Source: Ruditapes philippinarum
Lineage: Eukaryota
Reading direction: 5' to 3'
Assembly (NCBI RefSeq): GCF_026571515.1
Contig: NW_026864322.1
Coordinates: 1 to 64,000 of the forward strand
Length of the DNA stretch: 64,000 nucleotides
Shown piece by piece: positions 50,555-61,800 of the stretch. The first letter of the stretch is position 1. Every line of letters starts with the position of its first letter. Below the pieces are notes generated by a model that worked only from the letters and a program-made list of their open reading frames with translations, made no database searches and was not told where the DNA came from. The position numbers and the translations under genes are program-made.

Positions 50555-53500
50555 TTGCTGGGTGTATGTCAGGGTGGCTTCGTCATGGCAATAAGTGTTA
50601 TCATTTCAGTCATGATAAGGAATCATGGATCAATGCTCTTGTAAGTAACCAAGTTTATCATAACACTTACTGTAAGTTTGATCATTAATGGAAAGTTTAT
50701 CAGACCTCTCCACAGTGCTGAGAATGATTGCATTGTGAAGTGAGCAAATCGTTAAATGGAAAAATTGGAAGATACTAAAAAATTACCTAACATTTAACAC
50801 TACGAACAGTGGTTATTTATCACTTGATTAGGTTTGCAATCATGTATGTCAAAGTTAAGATATCTAGGGGCATCGTGACCTAGTGGTAAAGGTCATTGAC
50901 TTCAAACCACTTGCCCCTGACCGCTGTGGGTGCGAATCCCGACAGGGACTTTGGATTCCGTCATGTGAAGAAGCTATCTAGTTGGCTTAAGGAACGTCGG
51001 TAGTTCTATTCAGGTGCCCGTTCGTGTCTGAAATAATGCATGAAAGGGCACCACAAGACTGAGGTCTTCCTCCACCAGTAAAAGTGGAAAACCGCCCATA
51101 CTGTGTTGGTGCAACTTAAAATCAAAAACAAAAAATAAGATTTGCTAATTAAGAAATAATATGTCAGCCACGTTTTAGTTTAAGTCAAAATTCCTCTATC
51201 TTTAAAGTCAAAATAGTGTTATCTAAACTATCATGACATCCAACATGTATCATAGATATATTGACAAGGCCGATAGAGTTCCATGTGTAGATTTTATCAT
51301 ACTGCTAACTGCTTCTAAATGTACTGATAAAATAAATTACACATTGTAAAATGCAAAAACGAAATTCCAAAAATAGTTTTTTTAAATTAACAAAAAAAAA
51401 GCCTTACCGGGAAAACATATGTTTGGCAAAGAAAATCCCAAATTGAATACGGAACCTAAAGTTTTTATGAAAAAACAAAAAAACTAAAACTTTTTGAAAA
51501 TTTTAAAAGTCTGTATGAAAAAATGGGAATCATAAAAGTGAAAAAAATGTAAAAAAGGGAAGATATGAAAGAAGGGGAAATTAAAAGCGAAAAAACAGTG
51601 TTAAGACCAAGTTCTGTCAGATTCCTGGGACAAATTATTGGTTAGCTTTCCCTATGAAAAATTGAATTATCGACCCTCCTGCCATAAGTATTAAAAATTT
51701 AAATATGGGGAATTTTTTGAATTTTGGGGTAACGCTTTTCCCTTTTAAAATTTTAAATTTCCAAAATTGGGGCCCGATCTGAACAAAATTTTGGGAAGGG
51801 AGGAAATTTTAATTAAAATCTTCTCAAAGAATGCAGTGTATAGCTGTCAATTCCTTCGGAGCCATTTTACGCATGCGTAAAACCTCGCTTGTCTACAATG
51901 TATTCAATTCCAATTTAACATAAAGTGCATTGACATTACACTGTCAAAGCAACCAAGTCATGAAAACAATTCAATGTCCCGAACGGGAAAAGGGCAAGTG
52001 ATTTGAAGACCATTCGTCCATGGACGCCCCTGTTGTTCTTCTTGTTGTTGTTTTTCTTGATAATACCAACAACAGATGTTTGTTATAAACCTCTGTTTTT
52101 CAGAATATGTGTAAATTGTTTGGCGGAAACCTGGTCGAAGTAGAAACAGCGACTGAAAATAGCTACATAGCAGCTATTGTCAAACTCCGTGGACGTTAGT
52201 AATTTCTCTTTTAATGATAATGTTCCTAAAGAAATTGGCAAAAAACGCTTTTAAAAAACGCTTGTAAATACGTGCATGGATAAACCATATGATCAAAATA
52301 CATATATGTATATTTAGTTTTGTTTTCTTGAATGTATTATAATTTTAGTTAGATATATGTCACTATCTTCTTTAATTTCTTGAAAAATCATACAATCGTT
52401 TGATGTAACAATTGAAAAATCATTTGCCCCTCACCTCCTTGGGTTCGAATCCCGCCAGGGACTTTGGTTTCCTTCATGTTAGAAAGCTCTGCAGCTATAG
52501 CTACGGAACGGTGTGGCAACAATTGCAAAGCTGGAAGGTCGCAATATGATATATACTGTGTTAACCTTCGCTCCCCAACTCCAAACCCAGGCACAAACCT
52601 ACTAAAAATACACCCCCCGCAAAAATGACAAATAGAAGAATTTCGATTGTTAATCTATCTAATGATGATATATTTACCTTATCAGTAGAATACTGGATTG
52701 GACTTACTGATGTCTTCGAAGAAGGTATATGGCTTTGGATATCAAATAAAAACCAACTTTCTGACAGCGGTTATGTTAACTGGAGACATGGCGAGCCAAA
52801 TAACGAAAGATCTAACGAAAACTGCGCTGAAATGGAAACTTCTGGATTGTGGAACGACGACTCTTGCGATAAGTCTCAACACTTCATTTGCGAGACTGTA
52901 AACAGGTAAGGTTTTTGAGAAAAGAAATTATTTCAGTAAACCGTCGTAAACTAATGTTTAGTTTTTGGTTTGTTTTTTTTCGCGAAAAATAAAAAATAAA
53001 ATGCCATTTTGATTAAAAGTGACATAAAGCCCATCCTAGAGTACATACAATGTAGTTAGTGATCATTTGAAAATCAAAATAAGTTTACTTTTGTCCATAT
53101 TTCCTTTTAATTTTATAATTTACTTCGCAAGAATGATTAATAGCTCACGTGTACCAAAAAAATCTCTGAAATTATACTGAATTACTGATAATAATAATGA
53201 CGAGAATAATGGTGACGATTCAATCATCAACACTGGCGATTATAATAAAAACATAATAAAAACAATGTTAATGAAGCACATCCTTTGTTTTACCATAAGT
53301 TTCAAATATTTCATAGCACATTAATAATATTTTCATATATGACAATATGGCAATTATAAATGTATCTAAATATGGAAATTGACTTAAAATATTTTACTAG
53401 AAAAGAATATACTCGAACCTTTCCCGTGGATAGATCAATTTCTCATGAAATGACCCTGAACCGTCACGTAATGCCATTAAATTAAAAGACATTCATTTCG

Positions 53501-53751
53501 TCTGTGTGAATAGTATACAAGCAGTATACTAGTATATGGTTATAAAAACTTCATATATAAAAAATGAAAATATTTCGAAAAATCAACAACAAAAACAATT
53601 ATCAAAATTTAAAGATTTTTTTCTCTCTTTGGGAAAAAGGGGGCCCGAAAAAGTTTTTTAAAAAATTTTAAAAAAAAAGTAAACTACAGGGAAAATTTAA
53701 AAAAAAATAATTTTAATTTTTTCCCCCCCCCCATCGGAAATAGTTGGGTTT
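50555..53751 (+). CDS. C-type lectin (perlucin-like), lectin 4; exons 2-4 intact, exons 1 and 5 uncertain
   Basis: Exons 50555-50640 (AGCMSGWLRHGNKCYHFSHDKESWINAL), 52104-52194 (NMCKLFGGNLVEVETATEN...) and 52686-52905 (YWIGLTD...EPNN...ENC...WNDDSC). A terminal exon remnant TCGGAAATAGTTGGG (SEIVG) lies at about 53731-53751 in low-quality sequence. Confidence 0.82.
50867..51135 (+). mobile_element. Near full-length tRNA-derived SINE
   Basis: A-box TGACCTAGTGG, B-box-like GGTGCGAATCCC, body GGGACTTTGGATTC...AAGCTATCTAG...CTTCCTCCACCAGT and an A-rich tail. Four other partial copies occur in the window. Confidence 0.8.
52420..52570 (+). mobile_element. Partial SINE (family of 50867-51135)
   Basis: CATTTGCCCCTCACC...GGGTTCGAATCCCGCCAGGGACTTTGG. 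Confidence 0.7.
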
Positions 53752-54650
53752 AAAAAATTTAAAACTTGAAAATATTTTAAAATAAAAATAAAAAAAAAGA
53801 AATAAATCTTTGTTTTTAAAAAAAAAAAGGTTGTTTTGGTAATGTATAAAACCTTTTAAGAATAGTACAAAAAATAAAAATTGAAACCGGGGCAAAAATT
53901 GTTGGGGGGAAAAAAAACTGTTTATCCAAAACAAATTGCTGCATTATTTAGTGATAAAAATTTTGTCCCAAATTTTTTTTGTAAAAAAGAGAAAGGGGTT
54001 TAAAAAAAAGGAAAATTGAAGATTGGGGTATCTTCAAAAAGAATTTGGCCAAATTCAAATTTTTTGCTCTCTAAAAATTTCCCTATAAATAAAATAAATT
54101 TTTTTTAAAAAGTACAAATTGCAAAGGAAAAAAAAATATTTAGTGAATTTAAAAGTATAAGCATTTAAAAGAAAGGCCTTTTCATTTTTAAAAAGGCCCC
54201 CTTTTAAACCCGGCCGGGGGTTTGAAACCAGACAAGGATAGCCGAAATACAAATAAAATCAGTGGACGTTTTCAGCAATAAAAACCCCTTTAGTTTTTTC
54301 CGAATTTTCCACCTCAGTTTTTTCGGCTTAAATATTTAGACAGTTAAAAATTAAATTTTAAAATAAATTTTTAATTTCTACCGTTTGGGTATTCTGTATC
54401 TTTTTAAAAATTTAATTTTTCATTTTAAAAAAAAGTTTTTAAATCGATTTTGTATTTTAAATTTGAACTTAAAAACCATTTCCCCCTAATTTGGGGGTTC
54501 GAACCCCTCCTGGACTAAATTTTTTGAGAGAAACCTACCCAGCTTACATAGAAAATACTAGGTTTCACGCGGGTATCCTTTCCCACGAAAAAATCCCAAT
54601 ATAACATTTAACATAGGGGTGAACATTTAATCGACAACCATTAAAAGATG

Positions 54651-54960
54651 GTGTCAGTCCGACTAGCTCAATCTGTTAGAGCGCGAGACTTGTAATCTCG
54701 ACATTGTGGATTCGATTCTCGGGCTTACCAACTAAAATTACAAAGCAGTCTGTTGGATGAGACTTTAAATCGAGGTCCCGTGTATGAGTGTTAAACATTT
54801 GGCACGTTAAAGGACCAGGAGGATGTTCTGGAATTTGGGGCATATGTCTGTATTTGTATCTTGCACTATCCTCCAAAATATAAATATCTTACATCTTCTG
54901 GAGGACTCGCCAATATTGGTGACCGGTGGCGAGTATAAATAAACTCAAATACACACACAT
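54651..54960 (+). mobile_element. tRNA-derived SINE, duplicate of 39054-39375
   Basis: Near-identical sequence and flanks; part of the segmental duplication. Confidence 0.75.
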
Positions 54961-55801
54961 TAAAAAATGATTTGCAGTGGTCGTGTGTGAAAGTGACGAT
55001 CGACGCGTTTCTCAAAGGGAATCAACAATTGTTTCTGACATGAAGAAATTGGAAAAGTGATTTGTATCAGTTTGATGTCAGTCTGTACCAATAACGTGTG
55101 TGCAAATTTTCAGATCATTCGCCTTCGTAGTTTTTTTCCCATGTAATGATTTTCATGAATTAAAGTGAAATTAAAACTGAGAAGCGTTTTAACGCCTTTA
55201 AGTCAAGCCGGCTAACATTACTCATAGCTCGAAATATCGATTTTCTAATTTAGTTCTAATTTTCAATTTTTTTATAATGTTTCATATTTTATGATATAAT
55301 CTTAAATTTAATGTTTAAGGCTTTTGGACCTTAGTTGGGGAGCTTATATAAGTGCAGTCTATCTAATATATATAGCCCACTTATGGACCTTAGTTTGGGA
55401 ACTTTATTATACCAAAACTTTTTTAATTTTAAAATTTATATCATTATTCAAAAATTACAACAATAAATTACACTTAAAATCATGTCATTAAAAATAAATT
55501 CGGGAAAAAAGAAAATAGATAAGGATTTTTCAAAAAACAAATAAAAAAAAATTCCCCAAAAAATTACACACATTTTCAAAGACAAAATTTCAAATTTGTT
55601 CAAAAAATGAAGTTTAAAAATTAACTTCATTTTCAAAAGGGAAATGGCAAAATATAAGTTTTTTTTTTGATTGATAAAAATTCTTAAAAAATGTGAAAAT
55701 TTATTTTTACTCTAAAATTTAAAAAAATTTTAATAACAATTTTAAAATTTACATTTTGAAATATTTGAAAAAAGAATGTTGTAAAATAATATCCAAAAAA
55801 A

Positions 55802-58800
55802 GAAAACAATTTTTGTTATGGATGTCTATTCCCCATTTTAAAAAAGTTTATATTTGTCATGATACAGAATCATGGATCGGTGCTGTTGTAAGTTATCAAC
55901 TTTATTTCATAAATAATAATAATTATAATTTAAAATAACAATAATAATAATGATAAAATAATTGANNNNNNNNNNNNNNNNNNNNNNNNNNNNNNNNNNN
56001 NNNNNNNNNNNNNNNNNNNNNNNNNNNNNNNNNNNNNNNNNNNNNNNNNNNNNNNNNNNNNNNNNNNNNNNNNNNNNNNNNNNNNNNNNNNNNNNNNNNN
56101 NNNNNNNNNNNNNNNNNNNNNNNNNNNNNNNNNNNNNNNTTATGATTATTGTTGTCAATTAAATTATCTACAATAAAATTGATACTGTTTTTAATTATGT
56201 CAGGAGGCGTGGCCTATTTACTTTAAGAAAAAATTCTTGCCTTAAAAGCGGATATGCATACCCAACGTGTACAATTTACGTAATTTGTATAAGTTGTGAA
56301 CTATCTATAATTTAGCTAACCATTATCTGTATACGACTTCAGCTCACGCGGAAGCTGTATACGTCGTAAGCTTTAAACGCCGTAAGCTATTTACATCGAT
56401 AGCTTTATACGTCGTAAGCTATATACGTCGTAAGCTGTATACCTAGTAAGATATTTACATCGCGTAAGTTGAATACGTCGTATTCTGTATACGTCATTAG
56501 CTGTATACGCTGTAAGCTGTATACGTCGTAAGCTGAATAAGATATGTCATAAGCTATAAATCGTAAGCTATATATGTCGTATATATGTCGTAAGTTATAT
56601 ACGTCGCAAGTTGAACGTCATAAGCTTTATACGTCGTATGCTATATAAATCATAAACTATAATCGGCGTAAGCTATACACATCGTAAGCTATGTACGCCG
56701 AAAGCTTTATATGTCCTAAAGGCCTCAACAGACGGTAGGATTTAGCTGTACAACACTAATTAGAGATAACATGTACAATTTTCAAAGCAATACAAACATT
56801 GCATTCAGACGGTAATTCTGTAGGAATCATCTGAGGTTTCCCTAAAAAGGATCCCTCCCAATTGATGCTTTACATACTGTACTCACTAAATACTTTTTTT
56901 CGCCATGAGTAATGATTGAAAGACCTCCATTAAAAAAAAAATATATATATTTTTTTTAATGTGAAGCCTGACCGAGACTCAAACCTGGAACCCTCGGAAT
57001 ATCGTACTGCAGCTCTACTGACTAAGCTATTCGGCCGCCTACAAACTACATCCCCTTCCCTAATTCATGTAATTAGAGAACAGTTCAATACCGTGACATA
57101 ATCATTTTCGGAATAATTTGGGATTCGAACATAACACAACTTTGCGTCTCCTGAAGAGATTTTTTCAACATCATTTTTACCCCATCTTTCTACTATATTT
57201 TCCTTTTAGCCCTAATTGTTCTGGAATTTCATTCATTACACCCATTATCAGGAGATAATTTGGTAATCTGTTACTTGTCATTGTGGGAGGTCTGCAGAAA
57301 TCTGTATGACAAGATTTTTGAAATAGAACATGTCCTATCCCTTACATCTAAACTTGAGGTTTCCGAATTCAAGAAATAGTAGCCTACACACATTAAGATT
57401 TGTCTGTACATCTTAGTTTTAATTGGTGTTGTACTTCAAAATCCTACCGTCTGTTGAGGCCTTAAGCTGTTTCCCTAATAAGATATATACGTCATTAGCT
57501 GTATATGCCGTAAGCTATAAGCGTCCTACGCTGCATCCGTATGTACACAACGTAAACTATACACGTCGCAAGACGTATGCGTTGAAACCTGTATACGTTG
57601 TTAGCTTAATGCGTCATAAGGTATATATGCCGTAACCTATATACGTCGTAAGCTTCATGCGCTGTAAGGTATTAATGTCGTTAGCTACATACGTTGTAAG
57701 CATTAAACGTCGTAAGCTGTACGAGGGCTGTTCAATAAAAACGCGGAAAAGTGCTGCCATATTTTTAATATTCATTGGAAATTGGCGTTCTCTTTACATT
57801 TTGTAAATAAACATATAATAAACATGTACACAAAATTTCAATAAAATCGGATAAAAATTAATACCCGGTAGTACAATTTCAAGTATTTCTAAGGTAATCG
57901 CAGTGAAACCGGCCCAACGTCGTAACGACGTCACGCTCAACGCATGTATGAGAGTCACCCAAAACACGCACCTAGTCCTTCTCGAAATACTCTCCGTGAA
58001 AGGAAACACACTTTTTACAACGGTTGATCCATGACATGAAACTATTAAAGTAGGAGCCATTATTTATCTCTGAAACTGCACCTTGCACCGCGTAAGACAA
58101 CTCGTCCACATCATCAAAGTGTTCTCCCCGCAGGACGTTCTTCAGTGTCGGGAATAGAAAGAAATCGCATGGTGCGAGGTCAGGGCTGTAGGCCGGGTGC
58201 TCGAGGACTTCGAAGCCGAGTTTCCTGATTGTGAACTGTGTTTCGGCCGCACGATGAGACGGTGCGTTGTCGTGATGAAATATCGTGTCGGCGATTTTCG
58301 TGGCCCGCTTCTTTCTCATCGCCCTCATAAAGTCGTGTCTCAGAATCTTAGAGCATAAAGAAATACAATCATAAGTAAATTGTCGTTATAATTTATTTTC
58401 ATAATTACTTACACAAACATAAATAATTATTAGGTAATGTATTGACATAATATATGTTATTTTGGTTTTGGAGTGATATATGTGGATATATTACCTGCTA
58501 AGATTTTATATCACCCGAGCCGTTAGGCGAGGGTGATATTTTATCTTGGCAGGTAATATATCCACATTTATCACTCCAAAACCAAAATAATAATTTTATT
58601 ACCCTTCCCCTGCCGAGTTTAGACGATTTTTTAAAAAATCATTGCTGTTTCAAATGAAATGTCGAAATAAGATTCCCTTTAGGGTACCTCTTCATCACAA
58701 CATGACGTCACATAAATATATGACGTATTTTTCCCGTACCTAACGAATGTAAACAAGAGAAAAGGAGTAGTCTATTGTACGCACTTTTTTGTAATTAATA

Positions 58801-61800
58801 TCAAGCTTTCACAAGGTCATATTTGTTTTCAATACTGATGGGAATATGTATCATTACTCTACTTTGGTAAATATTTATAATTTTACAGTTAAAAAGTGTT
58901 TGTAAATCGGAATTTACACCGCGTAAAATCGAACCGTACGCGCATCACCTAAGCGCATGTTGTTTACAACGTTGGGTACCCAACGGGGAAATTTAGTGTG
59001 TATATTACCCGTCTGGCTCGGTTATATCAATTTCTTTCGGGTGATCAATATCCAATCAAAAAGGCGGAAAAAATCTGGAAGGGTAATAATAATGAATATC
59101 TTATTATAGATTAAACAAATTTATTTACCTTAGAATAATACTTCGCCGTCACAGCCTGACCCAAGGGTACCGCGTGGCTCAGTATCACACCGTCGACGTC
59201 AAAGAAGACGATGAACATCTGTTTCCTTGCAGATCCGATCTTTCGTGTATTTCGCGAATTGTTATCCGACGATCGTTGTCAAGCAGCTCCTTTATCACAG
59301 CGACGTGATTTGACGTTACGTTGGGACGTCCACTGCGTTTGTCGTCATGGATGCTTTGTTGGCCGCCTAGAAATCGGGCATACCACTTGTACATTGCTGT
59401 TTTCTTCATCGCCTGATCACCATATACTTTTTGTAATCTTAACATTGTTTCTTTCTTTGAAACCCGTTCAAAACACAAAATTTTATTGAAGATCGTTGTT
59501 ACGATGCCATTTTAACGCATTAACATGACGTCATGTGCGTAACGCCAACATGTTGCGCGTAAATTATGCAAAGTTTGGTGAAAATCGCACGGTAAACGGT
59601 AAAATGCGACGTCATTATTAACCAGTGACTATTTGTAAAAATGAACAAAAGTGGGCCGGTAATCGCTACATGTGGTTACCATAACGACCGTTTGTTAACA
59701 TATGATTCATGCCAGAACGGCAATATTTGCTGTTTATTTTCAAAATATGTTTGTCTCTATTACTGTATAAGTTTTATTCAGCTAACTTTGAAAATAAGGA
59801 AATAGCGACACTTTTCCGCGTATTTATTGAACAGCCCTCGTATATACGTCATAAGCTTCATGCGTCGTAAACTGTATGCGGTGCAACATTGCCCTATCCA
59901 TGTTCTGTTCAATACACGAGTGTGTACCTGATAAGCATGTAAGCAAGATTGCTACCTCGTAAAAATTGAAGAGCACAATTCAGTTTATATTAAATCAATT
60001 TTCCCCATGTGGTACCTCAATTTTACTTTTGCTTACAATTCCGACAATGTTAGGGCTGTTTAGGGTAAACTGAAGCTGAAATGTATAAATAAAATAAAAT
60101 TCACATATAAAAAAAAGGAAAATAAACTTACATCAATTCATTCAGTTTACCAATCACCGATCATCGTCTTTATTTTTTATAACATTTTAACAGTCTAAAA
60201 AATACTCTTTCTTCCACACGCAAAACTGCACTTGATGACTTAAATTTTGGGCATATGTATTTTTTTACTAGCAATAACTGTTAACAGGGTCTTTCAAATT
60301 CTATTTGAAAGACCCTGCTGTTAAGTAATGTGTAAACAAAACTTGTTTTCCAAGTTCCTAGTGACTTTTAGAATGTTTACTCATCTGTCAACATCTATTT
60401 ATTGTCTGTTACAATCCAACAAGAATGTATGTAAAATTAATGTATCAAAATAAAAACCCTCTGAATAAAACACATTTTATATTTTCCTCCCGTGAAAAAC
60501 ACAACTTTAAATATAGCGGTCGCTTACATTACAATGAACAGTCTAATGCAAACTTCCGCGAAAAAAAGGGAACGGCATGGTGTAACCTTTTCTTCTTCTA
60601 TAATTGTTTTTTGTTTCATTTATTAATTAAAACAAGCGAATATTCATTTTTTTGTATAAAATAGATCATCACCTTTTAATATTGATTTTGGACTTATTTT
60701 CTTGCCCAAGACTTTGTATATTTATTAGAAATACTTCTGAGATTGAGGGCTACCAGTGGGGAAAACAGATTTGATATTCAAGTTGATGTAATTGAGGAAA
60801 ATTAATTTAAACTTGAAATTAAGCATAAAATTAAAAAAGATTTTTTTAGTGAAATATATTGTTATTTCATTTTATCTTACACATAAACAAACTATTATCA
60901 TTATTATTTGTTATGATTTTTTGTGTGTTTTAGAATATGTGTAAATTGTTTGGCGGAAACCTGGTCAATATAGAAACTGCGACTGAAAATAGTTACTTAG
61001 CAGCTACTGCAAAACTTCGTGGACGTTAGTAATTTCTATTCCAATTTATCTTAGTATTTATTCAAAAGGGACAAACTTTTGTGAATGCCTGTATAGATAA
61101 AGTATTAAATGGACCATGAAATGAGCATTCTGTTTGATTTTCTTGTAATATATTATGAACTAGGTACATTATTGTATATGGCATGTGTAAATTTGTTGAA
61201 CAGTCCTCCTAATTGAAAAACACTTTTATGAGTCCGCTTTTGAATCTTCTAATGACAAATTCCTCTTTGTACTTATAATAGACTACTATTGGATTGGACT
61301 AACTGATGCGCAAGAGGAAAGTATATGGCGTTGGATTTCAAATACAGGCAAACTGGTATACAGAGGATATTTCAACTGGGCTTCCGGAGAACCAAATAAC
61401 CGTGGGTCTGACGAAAACTGTGCTACAATAAGCACTTCTGGATTTTGGAACGATATCCCATGTTATAAGAATGCTCATTACATTTGCGAGGCTGACAACA
61501 GGTGAGATTTCTAGAAAACAACTCGACCAAATGATGTCTAAGTGTCAGCCGCAACTTTAAGCCCTTTCCGTCTGTCTTGGGATAAGTACCTCGAACACAA
61601 TAGTAAGAATTTACAGAAGAGATAAGGTATTTACAGAAGAGATATGGTATGGTAACCTACGCTAAGAAACTAAACATGTAAACAAATAGTAATTTGATGC
61701 TGGGAGTTGTTGACTGGATTCATAATGCAAAAGTCCACCTTAATTAAGTAAATTCATAGCTATAAAAATAAACAGTACACTTTTTCGAAGTAGTCATATA

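Larger units (their letters stand above)
56325..59880. repeat. Degenerate 16-bp minisatellite (GTCGTAAGCTRTATAC) split by two transposons
   Basis: Blocks at 56325-56719, 57463-57721 and 59841-59880. Confidence 0.85.
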
